The notes: generated by a model not told the origin, from the sequence alone. DNA of 64,000 nucleotides from Alphaproteobacteria bacterium (GCA_045614025.1 JAZLCE010000027.1:63033-127032), one strand, 5' to 3'. Numbered from the stretch's first letter, positions 1-13,208 are shown. Numbers and translations: made by a program.

Positions 1-473
1 TAAAACGCCCGATATTTTCCTTTTAAACAGTAAGAATCTAAAATATGCCCATCCATTGCTTTCAAAAGAGCTTCATATGAAAACCCCTGTTCTAAAGAAA
101 GCTCTGTATCTAAAGCATAAACCGTTAAATCATAAACATGATCTTTATCAGGTGGTGCCATTCCACCATAAAGATTTTGATTCCAACTATTTGATCCTTG
201 AATAAATTCAGCATTAATGTTTGTTGATTCACCAGCAACCAAATGATTTTTTTTCAAATTACAAATTAACCAATGAATCCAATCAAATCCACAAACAGGT
301 ATAGCATCTTTATCATCTAAAATAACAGCAAAAGAAACCGTTTTTTCTGGCTCATCTTCAATTTGAAATGGCAGTGAAAAACTTGGCATATCACCAATAA
401 AACTATTCCCAAATTTTCCAAATTTATCTTCGATTATACCATTATGAATACCTGATGATAAAACCTTCATAAT
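1..473 (-). CDS. PEBP/YbhB-YbcL family protein (Raf-kinase-inhibitor-like). The 3' end is at the window edge, so the stop codon is only partly visible.
   Basis: ATG at 473-471 preceded by GGAGGT RBS. Translation MKVLSSGIHNGIIEDKFGKF...DKDHVYDLTVYALDTEL is typical of bacterial YbhB/YbcL PEBP proteins. Confidence 0.55.
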   Translation of the reverse strand, partial: MMKVLSSGIHNGIIEDKFGKFGNSFIGDMPSFSLPFQIEDEPEKTVSFAVILDDKDAIPVCGFDWIHWLICNLKKNHLVAGESTNINAEFIQGSNSWNQNLYGGMAPPDKDHVYDLTVYALDTELSLEQGFSYEALLKAMDGHILDSYCLKGKYRAF

Positions 474-479
474 TACCTC

Positions 480-1328
480 CTATTTACTTAAAACAGATTC
501 CAGATATTTTAAATGAGTATCCGTTACAACTTTATCAATAATTGACTTAACAAAAATATCAATTGATTGATTAGATGAATAATCTGCAGGCGCAATAATA
601 TCAGCGCGTTCCGAACCCAATAAACTTTTCATTTTTTTCTTATTCTTTTTTTGATAAACAGCAATCGTATGCCCACCTTCGCGCTTCACTGTTTTCATTG
701 AAGGAACATCTGTATCCCCATCTCCAATATATATAATATTTGAAAATGGAATTGGTTTATCTTTATCATCCATATGAGCATTTAAATGCGCATCATCACT
801 TACATCTAAACAACCTTTATTAATGCGATATAAAAATTGCGTTTTATTCGTATAATTTACAACAAGTGCTGGCCAAATCGCATAATTATTATCATCATAC
901 ATAAAAGATGACGCAAAAATTTCTTTAAAAAATGGTGCAATCTTTGTGCCCTCCACCATTTCTTTTAATCCCGATGAAATGATATAATGCTCTAATTCAA
1001 CCCCTCTTTTTAACGCATATTCATTTATACGCTTAAACCAAGTTTCAACACCATCAAAAAGCTCAACCTTGGCAGCATAATCTGTTAAATCTTGTTTTGT
1101 AAAAGGAATTGCTCGCTTTAATGATTCCTTTTTCATTTGATACATATATGCTAAAATGTTATCCACTTTTTTTGTTTTAGCCAATGTATTACTCTTTTTC
1201 CAAAACTCTTCTGGCGTCATCCCAAGCTTTTCAATAAACCCATATTCTTGCATATTTCCAGGAGCCAGCGTTCCATCAAAATCATAACAAATTGCCATTT
1301 TTATCAATTGTGGAGTTTCTTCTTTCAT
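480..1328 (-). CDS. HAD-superfamily hydrolase
   Basis: DxDGT motif (ICYDFDGTL) right after the internal Met. The ORF-track start at 1400 is trimmed to the ATG at 1328, giving MKEETPQLIKMAICYDFDGT. Confidence 0.6.
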   Translation of the reverse strand: MKEETPQLIKMAICYDFDGTLAPGNMQEYGFIEKLGMTPEEFWKKSNTLAKTKKVDNILAYMYQMKKESLKRAIPFTKQDLTDYAAKVELFDGVETWFKRINEYALKRGVELEHYIISSGLKEMVEGTKIAPFFKEIFASSFMYDDNNYAIWPALVVNYTNKTQFLYRINKGCLDVSDDAHLNAHMDDKDKPIPFSNIIYIGDGDTDVPSMKTVKREGGHTIAVYQKKNKKKMKSLLGSERADIIAPADYSSNQSIDIFVKSIIDKVVTDTHLKYLESVLSK

Positions 1329-1483
1329 TTTGTTCCTCTTTTGTTTCTTAAAAAGACATTTTATAACAAAAGTATGCTTTTGTAAAGAGCAAAACAACAA
1401 TTGTATTTATACTTATAATAATCCTCTTGTTATCAAAATACAAAAAGAGCCCGATAAAATCGAGCTCTTTTTTCACTATTCTT

Positions 1484-3286
1484 TTATTTTAAACGACATT
1501 CAAGAAGCGTTAGCTCTGCTTCAAATTCTTTTGGCAATCGTTTTTGTTTTTTAAAAGTTTTAAAATAATCACGTTGCGCTTGAACATCAGATAAGGCCAT
1601 TTTTTTATCCACAGCCATTAACTCTTCAAATCTTTCTTCAGTCATGGAAAGACCTTTCCAGTTTAAATCGTTATAGGTTGGAGAATATCCTAAAACAGTT
1701 TCTGTTGCTGCCGCTGATCCATTAACGCGTTTTAAAATCCATTCAAGAACACGCATATTTTCCCCAAATCCTGGCCAAATAAATTTGCCTTCAGCATCTT
1801 TTCTGAACCAGTTTACACGGAAAATAAGAGGTTTTTTAGAGACCTTTTGTCCCATAGACAACCAATGAGCCCAATAATCACCCATATTATATCCACAAAA
1901 TGGTAACATGGCCATTGGATCTCTGCGAATTTCACCTGTTTTACCTTCAGAAGCTGCTGTTTTTTCAGAACCCATTGTGCTGGCAAGATAAACACCATGT
2001 TGCCAATTATAAGATTGATACACAAGCGGTGTATTTGTTGCCAAACGCCCCCCAAAAATAAACGCATCAATTTCAACCCCTTTTGGATCTTCCCATGCAT
2101 CATCTATTGAAGGGCATTGAGCTGCAGGTGCTGTAAATCTAGAGTTTGGATGAGCAGCAGGTCTTCCACAATCAGGAGTCCAATCATTCCCTTGCCAGTC
2201 AATTAAATGAGAAGGAGTTTTATCTGTTAACCCTTCCCACCAAACATCACCATCATCTGTTAAAGCAACATTTGTGAAAATCGTATTTGCTCGGCATGAT
2301 TCAATTGCATTTTTATTTGTTTTTGCAGATGTTCCTGGCGCAACACCAAAAAATCCAGCTTCTGGATTAATTGCTCTTAAAACCCCATTTTTATCTGGTT
2401 TAATCCAAGCAATATCATCACCAACAGTTGAAACTTCCCAATCAGACATTGATTTTGGCGGAATCAACATGGCCATATTTGTTTTTCCGCAAGCGCTTGG
2501 AAATGCAGCTCCCACATAAGAAGAAAGGCCTAATTTTTTGTTTTTAAGTCCAACAATTAACATATGTTCTGCAAGCCATCCATCTTTTCTTGCCATAGAA
2601 GAAGCAATTCTTAATGCTAAACATTTTTTGCCTAACAAAGCATTACCGCCATAACCTGATCCATAAGAAATAATTTCATTTGTTTCTGGGAAATGAGTGA
2701 TATATGTTTCTTCTGGATTGCATGGCCAAGCCACATCTTTTTCACCTTGTTTCAATGGAGATCCAACCGAATGGAAACACTTAACAAAATCTCCATCTTT
2801 TAAAACCGTCCAAACCTTTTTACCCATTCTTGTCATAATACGCATATTTGCAACAACATATGGCGAATCTGTAATTTCAACACCAATTTTTGCAATATCA
2901 GAACCCAATGGGCCCATTGAAAATGGAATAACATACATTGTTCTTCCTTGCATGCATCCCTTCATCAATTTGCCTAATTTCTTTTTCATTTTTTTAGGAC
3001 TTGCCCAATTATTTGTTGGACCTGCATCAATTTCTTTTTCAGAACAAATAAAGGTTCTTTTTTCAACACGCGCCACATCTTTTGGATTTGAACGAGCCAA
3101 AAAACTATTAGGGCGTTTTTTAGGATTAAGTGGAATAAAAGTTCCATTTTGAACAAGCAAGGAACAAATATTTTTATTTTCTTTTTCTGTTCCATCACAC
3201 CAATAAATGGAATCTGGCTTTGTTATTTTTGCAATTGAATTTACCCAGTCAATAACTTTTTGATTTTTTGTTGGATATTTTTCCAT
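1484..3286 (-). CDS. pckG: Phosphoenolpyruvate carboxykinase, GTP-dependent
   Basis: 600 aa. Diagnostic GTP-PEPCK motifs are [13 protein letters not shown] (kinase-1a) and FPSACGKTN (P-loop). Confidence 0.9.
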   Translation of the reverse strand: MEKYPTKNQKVIDWVNSIAKITKPDSIYWCDGTEKENKNICSLLVQNGTFIPLNPKKRPNSFLARSNPKDVARVEKRTFICSEKEIDAGPTNNWASPKKMKKKLGKLMKGCMQGRTMYVIPFSMGPLGSDIAKIGVEITDSPYVVANMRIMTRMGKKVWTVLKDGDFVKCFHSVGSPLKQGEKDVAWPCNPEETYITHFPETNEIISYGSGYGGNALLGKKCLALRIASSMARKDGWLAEHMLIVGLKNKKLGLSSYVGAAFPSACGKTNMAMLIPPKSMSDWEVSTVGDDIAWIKPDKNGVLRAINPEAGFFGVAPGTSAKTNKNAIESCRANTIFTNVALTDDGDVWWEGLTDKTPSHLIDWQGNDWTPDCGRPAAHPNSRFTAPAAQCPSIDDAWEDPKGVEIDAFIFGGRLATNTPLVYQSYNWQHGVYLASTMGSEKTAASEGKTGEIRRDPMAMLPFCGYNMGDYWAHWLSMGQKVSKKPLIFRVNWFRKDAEGKFIWPGFGENMRVLEWILKRVNGSAAATETVLGYSPTYNDLNWKGLSMTEERFEELMAVDKKMALSDVQAQRDYFKTFKKQKRLPKEFEAELTLLECRLK

Positions 3287-3475
3287 TATTTATCTCTCCT
3301 AAGTTTATGAAACATAAGAATATGATAACAACTCCCTTAAAAAAGTCAAAACATTTTTAGTTAAAATATTAAAAACATATATCCCTATGTTTTTTCGGTT
3401 GTAGCAATAAAAAAGTTGAAATCTAAAAGAATTTTTGTTAGCATTAAGAAAACAAAAAATCAAAAGGATGTAATC

Positions 3476-4234
3476 ATGAAAAAATTTCAAGTTGGACTTT
3501 GTTTTTCTTTGTTCGGATTATTATTAACAGGCTGTGCGGCTGGCGATAATTCAATTCCAGATACGCCTGTTGAATATCTTTACACGGAAGCTCATACATA
3601 TTTTAAAGATAAAAATTATGAAGAAGCCGCTAAATATTTTGATGAAGTTGAGCGTCAACATCCCTACTCTGTTTGGGCTCCACGCGCTCAAATTATGGCA
3701 GCTTATTCTTTTTATAATGCCGATAAATATGATGATGCTATTTTAGCACTTGATCGTTTTATTCAATTGCATCCTGGAAACAGAAACATTGCATATGCTT
3801 ATTATTTAAAAGGCCTTTGTTATTTTGAACAAATGTCTGATGTGAGCCGTGAACAAAAAATGACAGAAGATGCTCTTGAAACATTTAAAGAATTGCTTTA
3901 TCGTTTCCCAAATTCTATTTATGTTGCTGATGTGAATGAAAAATTAAAAGAAATTTATTCACACTTGGCTGGAAAAGAAATGTCTGTTGGTCGTTATTAT
4001 CAAAGAAACAAAGAATTTGTTCCTGCTCTTAATCGTTTCCAATCTGTTTTACTTGATTATCCAAACGCAAATCAATCTTCAGAAGCGCTTTATCGCTTAG
4101 CAAGTTGTTATGTTGCGCTTGGCATGATAAATCAAGCAAATCAAATGCTTTCTATTTTAAATTATTATTATCCACAAAGCGTGTGGACACAAAAAACTAA
4201 AACCTTAACTCAAAAATATAAAAAAGAGAAATAG
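3476..4234 (+). CDS. bamD: Outer membrane protein assembly factor BamD (TPR lipoprotein)
   Basis: Lipobox LLLTGC and TPR repeats. Start trimmed to the ATG at 3476 with an AAGGA RBS. Stop overlaps the recN start (TAGATG). Confidence 0.8.
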   Translation: MKKFQVGLCFSLFGLLLTGCAAGDNSIPDTPVEYLYTEAHTYFKDKNYEEAAKYFDEVERQHPYSVWAPRAQIMAAYSFYNADKYDDAILALDRFIQLHPGNRNIAYAYYLKGLCYFEQMSDVSREQKMTEDALETFKELLYRFPNSIYVADVNEKLKEIYSHLAGKEMSVGRYYQRNKEFVPALNRFQSVLLDYPNANQSSEALYRLASCYVALGMINQANQMLSILNYYYPQSVWTQKTKTLTQKYKKEK

Positions 4235-5911
4235 ATGATTGATTCTTTGTCAATTCGTAATGTTGTTTTAATTGACAAACTTGATTTAACTTTTGAAAAA
4301 GGTTTAGGGGTTTTTACAGGGGAAACCGGCGCGGGTAAATCAATTTTGCTGGATTCATTGTCGCTTCTTTTAGGAGCGCGAGCCGATTCTTCATTGGTAA
4401 GATATGGCGAAAATCAACTTTCTGTTGCAGCCGAATTTTCAGCAGTTTCACCTGAAGTTATTTCGTTTCTATCAGAACAAGGCATTGAATGTGAAGATAG
4501 AAATATTTTAATCAGGCGCGTTGTTACAAAAGATGGCAAAAGCAAATCTTTTATCAATGATCAAAACGTGAGTGTTTCATTTTTAAAAGCGATTGGTGAA
4601 AATTTGGTTGAAATCCATGGTCAATTTTCAACACATAGTTTGCTTAATCCTTCAACACATTTATTTGTGTTAGATACTTTTGGAAAATTAACCAATGAAA
4701 CATCAAAAACAAAAGATTTATGGCATCAATATCAACAAGCTGTCAAACAAACCGTTGTTGCCAGAGAAAAATTAGAAAATGCAACTAAGCAAAAAGAATA
4801 TCTTGAACAATCACTCGAAGATTTAGAAAAATTAAATCCATTAGAAGGCGAAGAAGAATCTCTTGTTCAAAAAAGAACGAACTTAATGAATAGTGAAAAA
4901 ATTCTATCTTCCACAAGTGCAGCTTATCAACTTTTATCGGATGAACAAAACGGTATTGAACGACAATTATCCCTTGCCACAAGACATCTTGAAAAAGCAA
5001 GTCAATATGATGAAAAATCATTCACAGAAATTATTGATATTTTAGATCAAGCACAAAATCTTCTTTCTGAGGCAGAATATAAACTTGAACAAATTACCGA
5101 AAATTTTGGCGATACGAGTGAACTCCCCATCATTGATGATAGGTTATTTTCTTTAAGAGCGGCTGCAAGACGACATCAAACAAACATAGATGATTTGCCA
5201 AATCTTATTCAAAGATTAAAACAAGAACTCATAGCTATTGATAATGCTGATGACACATTAAAACAACTTGAATCTCAAGAAAAAAAACTTTTTAAATTAT
5301 TCATTGAGCAAGCTGAAAAATTATCAGAGAAAAGAAAAAAAGCTGCAGCTCAACTAGATGAAAAAGTTAAAACAGAATTACCTGCATTGAAACTTGAAAA
5401 AGCGATTTTTAAAACAATCGTGGAAACCAAAGGTTTAGAAGAAGCATCAGAAACAGGTTTAGATGTTGTTTCATTTACTGTTTCAACAAACACGGGAACG
5501 CCTTTAGCTCCTTTGCATAAAATTGCTTCTGGAGGGGAATTATCTCGCTTTATGTTAGCCCTTAAAGTTAATTTAGCAAAACAAAGCGCGTTGCCTACAA
5601 TTGTTTTTGATGAAATTGATAGCGGGGTTGGAGGATCGACGGCTGATGCTATTGGATCAAGATTAAATAAATTAGCATCTGATTGCCAAGTTCTTGCAGT
5701 CACTCATGCACCACAGGTTGCTTCTTATGGCATACAGCATTGGACTGTTTCTAAATCTGAAAAAGAAGGAAAAATTATTACATCAGTTCAAAAATTAAAC
5801 AGTGATGACCGATTAAAAGAAATTGCACGAATGCTTTCTGGTGATAAAATCACTCAAACAGGCCTTGAAATGGCAAAAGAATTACTTTGTAAACAAAAAA
5901 CATTACTTTAA
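4235..5911 (+). CDS. recN: DNA repair protein RecN
   Basis: 558 aa. N-terminal Walker A GETGAGKS, a central coiled coil and C-terminal SMC-like signature motifs. Confidence 0.9.
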   Translation: MIDSLSIRNVVLIDKLDLTFEKGLGVFTGETGAGKSILLDSLSLLLGARADSSLVRYGENQLSVAAEFSAVSPEVISFLSEQGIECEDRNILIRRVVTKDGKSKSFINDQNVSVSFLKAIGENLVEIHGQFSTHSLLNPSTHLFVLDTFGKLTNETSKTKDLWHQYQQAVKQTVVAREKLENATKQKEYLEQSLEDLEKLNPLEGEEESLVQKRTNLMNSEKILSSTSAAYQLLSDEQNGIERQLSLATRHLEKASQYDEKSFTEIIDILDQAQNLLSEAEYKLEQITENFGDTSELPIIDDRLFSLRAAARRHQTNIDDLPNLIQRLKQELIAIDNADDTLKQLESQEKKLFKLFIEQAEKLSEKRKKAAAQLDEKVKTELPALKLEKAIFKTIVETKGLEEASETGLDVVSFTVSTNTGTPLAPLHKIASGGELSRFMLALKVNLAKQSALPTIVFDEIDSGVGGSTADAIGSRLNKLASDCQVLAVTHAPQVASYGIQHWTVSKSEKEGKIITSVQKLNSDDRLKEIARMLSGDKITQTGLEMAKELLCKQKTLL

Positions 5912-5915
5912 ATAA

Positions 5916-8018
<2,103 letters not shown>

Positions 8019-8084
8019 AAAAATAGTTATGATATTTTTACATGTAAGGGGAAAGAATTTTGTCTTAAAATCGGGGTTAAAAAC

Positions 8085-10724
8085 ATGGCAGAAGATAGGG
8101 AACAAAATCAAACAGAAACAAAACAAACTGCTAGGCCTGCATACGGGATAAACAGCGAAGGTGAATTACTTCAACAAATCGCTTCAGCCGATATTCAAAA
8201 AGACCTTGCTAAGAAAAAGAAAAAAAAGGTTGTTCATAAATCTTTATCCTCTTTTTCAATTGTTTTCGTTATGAGAACAACTCTTTTTATTGATTCTCTT
8301 AAAAGAAATCATAAAAATTTTTTCAGAATTTGTTCTTACTTGTGGGCGTTTTTCCTTTCGCTGATTTATGCGGGTGGAATTACTATGATCAGCACCATTC
8401 ACTATTCTAAAATCCACTTTCCAACAATTGTTTCAAATCATTTAAAAAGAAATGAAATTTCAGTTGAATCTCTTAAAGTTGTTGATAACTCCTTATCGCA
8501 TATTCAAATTGCAGGACTTGAGGATACTGAAAAAACATATCGTGTTTCATATGTAAACCTTTATTCAACATTTGGTGATTTTTTAAGAAAAAAAGTAGAA
8601 CGCGTTGAACTTGAAAACGTTGTTGTAAAAATCAAAGAATCACAAAACTCTGTAAATCTCAGTCCATTGCTTTCACTGATTTTAAATTTAAGCGAAAGAT
8701 CAAGAATTAACATTCAAACAGTTGTTATTAAAAGTGGTGTTCTTGAATTTGAAGGTGAAAATTACAAAATCCCTATCAACTTTTCAATGGATGCAACATT
8801 GCAAAACAATAACCGTATGGATATTCCATTACGCATCAAAGATGAAAATACCAACTTAATGGCCCATTTAACCATTTCAAAAAATGGTGAAGATTTCATT
8901 TGGTCTATTAAAAACTTGCGAGGCAGTACAGATATTTTAAGCAAAAAACCAGAAAACGTTTCTGGATCTATCACATTAAAAACAAAAGAACTTTCCCCAA
9001 CTGAATTAAATATTGAAACAAACTTTTCATTAGGGTCTTCCAAAAAAACTCTTTTTATCGATTTGAAAAAAAATGGTCGCCTTTTCGAAGGGATAACAAC
9101 CTATACAAAATCTCATACACAAGATGATAAAACACAAATTGATGCAGATATATCCTTTAACTTTAAAGGATTAGAAATAACATCTTTTTCTTCTTTTTCC
9201 ACAAAAAAACCTTTTTCAATTAATGTTGAAACTTTAACACAACCCTCGTTCGAGTTAAATAGCCTTAAAACAACAATTAATGGTGATTTAAATTGTCAAA
9301 GGCGAATTTGTCAAATTGATATAACTCAACCATCCTCTATTCGTATTAAAGAAATTTCTTATAAAGATGGTGTTAACTCATATTCAAATACAAATCCTTT
9401 ACTTTTCACATTGTTACCTCAAAAAAATACTATGAAACTTGCCAATAGTTTTGTTAATATGAATATTAAAGGTGAAGATTTAGAGTTTAAAGGGAAAAAA
9501 TCAATCACAAATACACCTATTGAATTAACAAGCAAAGAATTTATCATTGCAACTGATATATCAAAACCAGATCAACCAGCTTCTTTTTCTGGTAGAAACT
9601 TAAACTTCAAAAATAAATCTCATGAAATCAAAAATGCTGCTGTTTATGTAAAAGATATTTATAACACATCTAATCAATTTTCTTTGAGCACAGATTATAT
9701 TAAATTATTTGAAAACAGCGTCATCAAACAACCTTTTGCTTTAGATATCCAATCTGAAAATGGGGATACAAAAGCTAAAGCTATTTTTGCTGATGGGCAA
9801 ATTGAAACCCTCTTCAATGGCACGATCAATTTAAACTCTGGTCACTTTTCTGGAACTATTTACATGCCACCAGTTAATTTGGCACATATTAAAAATATTT
9901 CAGAAGTTTCAGATTTATTCCCCGAGAGATTAACAGATTTAACTGGTAAAATATCTTTATATGGGAATATTGACTGGAAAAATGAACGTCAAATTTCAGG
10001 ACCAATGTATCTTTCTCTTAAAAATATAAACTTTGCCAAGGGAGAAACAAAGATTAAAAATTTAAACTCGGTTTTAACTCTTCAATCTTTAGCTCCATTT
10101 GTTTCACAAGCAACCCAAAATTTAGCTATTGATGAAATTGAAGCAGCCATTCCTTTGCAAAATGTTCGAGCCTCTGTTAAATTTGAAAATCAATTATTAC
10201 GTATTTTCTCTTTAACAGGATCTTTTGCGGGAATCCCTTTGACGGCTGATCATACAACTATTCCATATAAATCTTATAGCTCTTTACTTTATTTTAGAAA
10301 TGGTTCTTTTGATTGGAAAGATATCAATCCTTATTTAAATGTTACAGATTTAACATTACAGGGAACAGGAAGTATTTATATCCCAATTGAAGCCACACCA
10401 ACAAGTACAAAAATTAACAATGCCGAAGCAAGATTAATTAATACAACTTTGCTTTATAATGGAGATAATGAAGAACTCAAGAAAAACTTCTTTACAAAAG
10501 GAAATGAATATTCTGTGCGTAGTGGAACCATTGTTTTAAACAGCAAAGAAAAAAATGTTTTAGATGCTTATATTAACTTTGAAGGGCGCGAAAAGAATGA
10601 AACAGAACGCTCTTTTTATAGAGCAGATAAAACTTTTAACTTCCAAGAATTGTTTAAACCAGAGGCCACAACACCTCTTCCTTCAAACATTTTAAAAATG
10701 CAAAAACAACTTTTTGGGAACTAA
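8085..10724 (+). CDS. Large membrane-anchored beta-rich protein, possibly AsmA-like (function uncertain)
   Basis: 879 aa. Poly-Lys stretch then one N-terminal TM helix (FFRICSYLWAFFLSLIYAGGITMI), followed by a long Asn/Ser/Thr-rich domain with alternating hydrophobics. Confidence 0.5.
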   Translation: MAEDREQNQTETKQTARPAYGINSEGELLQQIASADIQKDLAKKKKKKVVHKSLSSFSIVFVMRTTLFIDSLKRNHKNFFRICSYLWAFFLSLIYAGGITMISTIHYSKIHFPTIVSNHLKRNEISVESLKVVDNSLSHIQIAGLEDTEKTYRVSYVNLYSTFGDFLRKKVERVELENVVVKIKESQNSVNLSPLLSLILNLSERSRINIQTVVIKSGVLEFEGENYKIPINFSMDATLQNNNRMDIPLRIKDENTNLMAHLTISKNGEDFIWSIKNLRGSTDILSKKPENVSGSITLKTKELSPTELNIETNFSLGSSKKTLFIDLKKNGRLFEGITTYTKSHTQDDKTQIDADISFNFKGLEITSFSSFSTKKPFSINVETLTQPSFELNSLKTTINGDLNCQRRICQIDITQPSSIRIKEISYKDGVNSYSNTNPLLFTLLPQKNTMKLANSFVNMNIKGEDLEFKGKKSITNTPIELTSKEFIIATDISKPDQPASFSGRNLNFKNKSHEIKNAAVYVKDIYNTSNQFSLSTDYIKLFENSVIKQPFALDIQSENGDTKAKAIFADGQIETLFNGTINLNSGHFSGTIYMPPVNLAHIKNISEVSDLFPERLTDLTGKISLYGNIDWKNERQISGPMYLSLKNINFAKGETKIKNLNSVLTLQSLAPFVSQATQNLAIDEIEAAIPLQNVRASVKFENQLLRIFSLTGSFAGIPLTADHTTIPYKSYSSLLYFRNGSFDWKDINPYLNVTDLTLQGTGSIYIPIEATPTSTKINNAEARLINTTLLYNGDNEELKKNFFTKGNEYSVRSGTIVLNSKEKNVLDAYINFEGREKNETERSFYRADKTFNFQELFKPEATTPLPSNILKMQKQLFGN

Positions 10725-10781
10725 AAAACTAAACAACATATTAAAATCTATGTAAATTTTTCAAGAATTATAAAAAAATAC

Positions 10782-10810
10782 TTGCAAATTAGATAATTTT
10801 TATGTATAAG
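10782..10810 (+). promoter_or_regulatory. Candidate sigma70 promoter of rpmF-plsX-fabH (TTGCAA-17-TATAAG)
   Basis: -35 TTGCAA at 10782-10787, a 17-nt spacer, and -10 TATAAG at 10805-10810, about 70 nt upstream of rpmF. AT-rich background makes chance matches likely. Confidence 0.3.
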
Positions 10811-10882
10811 ATAAGACCTATTATAAGCAAAAAACATCAATGGTTGGTGTTTAATACATTAAAATGAAGAAGAGAGATTAAA

Positions 10883-11074
10883 ATGGCAGTACCTAAGAAA
10901 AAAACATCTAAATCCAAAAAGAACATGCGTCGTTCACATTTGGCTTTAGGCACAAATGCTTGCATTGAATGCCCAAAGTGCGGTGAATTGGTTCGTCCAC
11001 ACCACGTTTGTGAATCATGCGGTCATTACAATAAAAAAGATATTATTGTAAAGGAATCATCTGAAGCAAAATAA
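10883..11074 (+). CDS. rpmF: 50S ribosomal protein L32
   Basis: [20 protein letters not shown]-terminus and a C4 zinc ribbon (CIECPKCG...CESCG). Confidence 0.9.
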   Translation: MAVPKKKTSKSKKNMRRSHLALGTNACIECPKCGELVRPHHVCESCGHYNKKDIIVKESSEAK

Positions 11075-11086
11075 GGAATTTGACTG

Positions 11087-12130
11087 TTGAGTGAAACATT
11101 AGTCATATCAATTGATGCAATGGGGGGCGACAATGCTCCCCAATCAGTGATCGAAGGCGTTAGCCGGGTTATCAAAAAAGATTCGGATACGTTTTTCTTT
11201 TTATTTGGCGACGAAGCAAAAATAAAAAGTTTAGCGGACGAGTATCATATTCCGGATACGAGATATAAAATTCATCATACAACTGATGTTATCAGTGGTG
11301 ATGCTAAACCATCTGTTGCGATTCGAAGTGGTCGTGAAAGCAGTATGTGGAAAGCAATCATGTCTGTTAGAAATGGTTATTCAAAAGCCGTTGTTTCAGC
11401 TGGTAACACAGGCGCCTTAATGGCAATGAGCAAAATTTGTCTTGGAACATTATCTGGTATTGATAGGCCAGCAATCGCGGCTATTTTACCAACAAGCAAA
11501 AATCCTCTTGTTGCCCTTGACTTAGGGGCAAACGCTGAGTGCAATTCTCAAAATCTTGTTGAATTTGCCATTATGGGACATGTTCTTCACCGTGTTTTAT
11601 ATAAAACTGAGCATCCAACAGTTGGCTTGCTTAATATCGGATCTGAAGAAACAAAAGGGCGAGATGAAATTAAAGAAGCCGCCACAACTCTCAAATCATT
11701 AGATGGCAAAATTAACTTTATTGGATTTGTTGAGGGAAATGATATTTGTGCTGGCAAAGCAGATGTAATTGTTTCTGATGGTTTCTCAGGAAATGTTGCT
11801 CTTAAAACTATTGAAGGAACGGCAAAGTTTATTTCAAATGTTTTAAAACAAACAATCCGTCAATCAATTATATCAAAAATTGGCTTTGTGTTGGCAACAC
11901 CCGCTCTTTTAAAAATGAAGAAAAAGATGGATCCAAGAAATTATAATGGCGCCATGTTTTTGGGATTAAAGGGCATATCAGTTAAAAGTCATGGTGGCGC
12001 AGATGCTTATGCTTTTGCATGCGCAATTGAATCTGCAATCCGAATGGCTAAAAATGATTTGTGCAACAAAATCAAGGATGAACTGCGTCATGCAATTGAT
12101 GTAGATATCCCAGACGAAGTTATTGAATAA
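11087..12130 (+). CDS. plsX: Phosphate acyltransferase PlsX
   Basis: 347 aa. IDAMGGD N-terminus and conserved rpmF-plsX-fabH synteny. Confidence 0.9.
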   Translation: MSETLVISIDAMGGDNAPQSVIEGVSRVIKKDSDTFFFLFGDEAKIKSLADEYHIPDTRYKIHHTTDVISGDAKPSVAIRSGRESSMWKAIMSVRNGYSKAVVSAGNTGALMAMSKICLGTLSGIDRPAIAAILPTSKNPLVALDLGANAECNSQNLVEFAIMGHVLHRVLYKTEHPTVGLLNIGSEETKGRDEIKEAATTLKSLDGKINFIGFVEGNDICAGKADVIVSDGFSGNVALKTIEGTAKFISNVLKQTIRQSIISKIGFVLATPALLKMKKKMDPRNYNGAMFLGLKGISVKSHGGADAYAFACAIESAIRMAKNDLCNKIKDELRHAIDVDIPDEVIE

Positions 12131-12145
12131 AAAAAGGGTTATAAA

Positions 12146-13117
12146 ATGATTAAATCTATCATCACTGGTGTCGGAGGATACCTTCCTGAAAAAATTTTAA
12201 CAAACTTTGATTTGGAAAAAATGGTTGAAACCAGCGATGAATGGATCCGTGAAAGAACAGGCATTCAATCTCGTCATATTGCTTCTGATGAACAAACAAC
12301 ATCATCATTAGCTGTTTTGGCTGCAAAAGAAGCCATTGAAAATGCTGGAATTTCAGGCGAAGAAATTGACCTTATTATTTTAGCAACAACAACTCCTGAT
12401 GATACAACACCTGCAACAGCTATGCGTGTTCAAGCAGAAGTTGGGGCTGTTAATGCTTTTGCATTTGATGTTCAAGCTGCATGCTCTGGCTTTATGTATG
12501 CTTTAAGCGTTGCTGATAAATTTATTAAAACAAAATCAGTTAAAACAGCTCTTGTTATTGGTGCAGAAACCCTTTCAAGAATTGTTGATTGGAAAGATAG
12601 AAATACCTGTGTTCTTTTCGGTGATGGAGCTGGCGCTGTTGTCGTAAAAGGCGAAGAAGAAACAGATCAAAACAAAGATCGAGGTATTCTTAATATTATT
12701 TTACACTCAGATGGCAGATTAAGAGAATTATTAACAACAACTGGCGGTGTTTCAAGAACACAAAATGCTGGTTTTGTTCACATGGAAGGCAGAGAAGTAT
12801 TTAGACACGCTGTTACAAACCTTTCAAATGTTGCTCAAGAATTAATTGATGCTTCCAATATCCAACTTTCTGACGTTGATTATTTGGTTCCTCATCAAGC
12901 TAATTTAAGAATTATTGAAGGAACAGCAAAAAAATTAGATATTCCAATGGAAAAAGTTATTGTAACATTACCAGAGCAAGGTAACACCTCTGCTGCATCA
13001 ATTCCACTTGCATTATACAATGGAATTAAATCCCAAAAAATCAAAAAAGGCGATCTGGTTTTACTAGATGCTATGGGCGCTGGGTTCACATGGGCAGGCG
13101 CTTTAATTCGTCTTTAA
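12146..13117 (+). CDS. fabH: 3-oxoacyl-ACP synthase III FabH
   Basis: 323 aa. Active-site Cys in AACSGF and His/Asn motifs (PHQANLRI, GNTSAAS). Confidence 0.9.
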   Translation: MIKSIITGVGGYLPEKILTNFDLEKMVETSDEWIRERTGIQSRHIASDEQTTSSLAVLAAKEAIENAGISGEEIDLIILATTTPDDTTPATAMRVQAEVGAVNAFAFDVQAACSGFMYALSVADKFIKTKSVKTALVIGAETLSRIVDWKDRNTCVLFGDGAGAVVVKGEEETDQNKDRGILNIILHSDGRLRELLTTTGGVSRTQNAGFVHMEGREVFRHAVTNLSNVAQELIDASNIQLSDVDYLVPHQANLRIIEGTAKKLDIPMEKVIVTLPEQGNTSAASIPLALYNGIKSQKIKKGDLVLLDAMGAGFTWAGALIRL

Positions 13118-13208
13118 TTTTTTTGTTATAAATTAAAAAAGTACTTGATTATATTTGAAATTTATGACATTCTAACAACAGAAAATTTGAAATAAAAAGG
13201 AAAATAAT

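Noticed and set aside
480-1400. Longer N-termini for the HAD hydrolase (to 1400), BamD (to 3416), YebC (to 24229), LemA (to 29124) and PNPase (to 35677)
   Set aside because: In each case an internal ATG with a clear RBS begins the conserved N-terminal motif or signal peptide. The extensions lack RBSs and would overlap neighbours, so the starts were trimmed.
1813-3198. Several 70-150-aa ORFs nested in or antisense to pckG (1813-2103, 2274-2519, 2697-3152, 2986-3198). Similar nested ORFs occur inside recN, infB, groEL, pnp and the CC genes.
   Set aside because: They lie entirely within long, motif-verified CDSs on the opposite strand or in an alternate frame, have no RBS or conservation signal, and show typical AT-rich antisense translation (Leu/Phe/Lys/Ile-rich).
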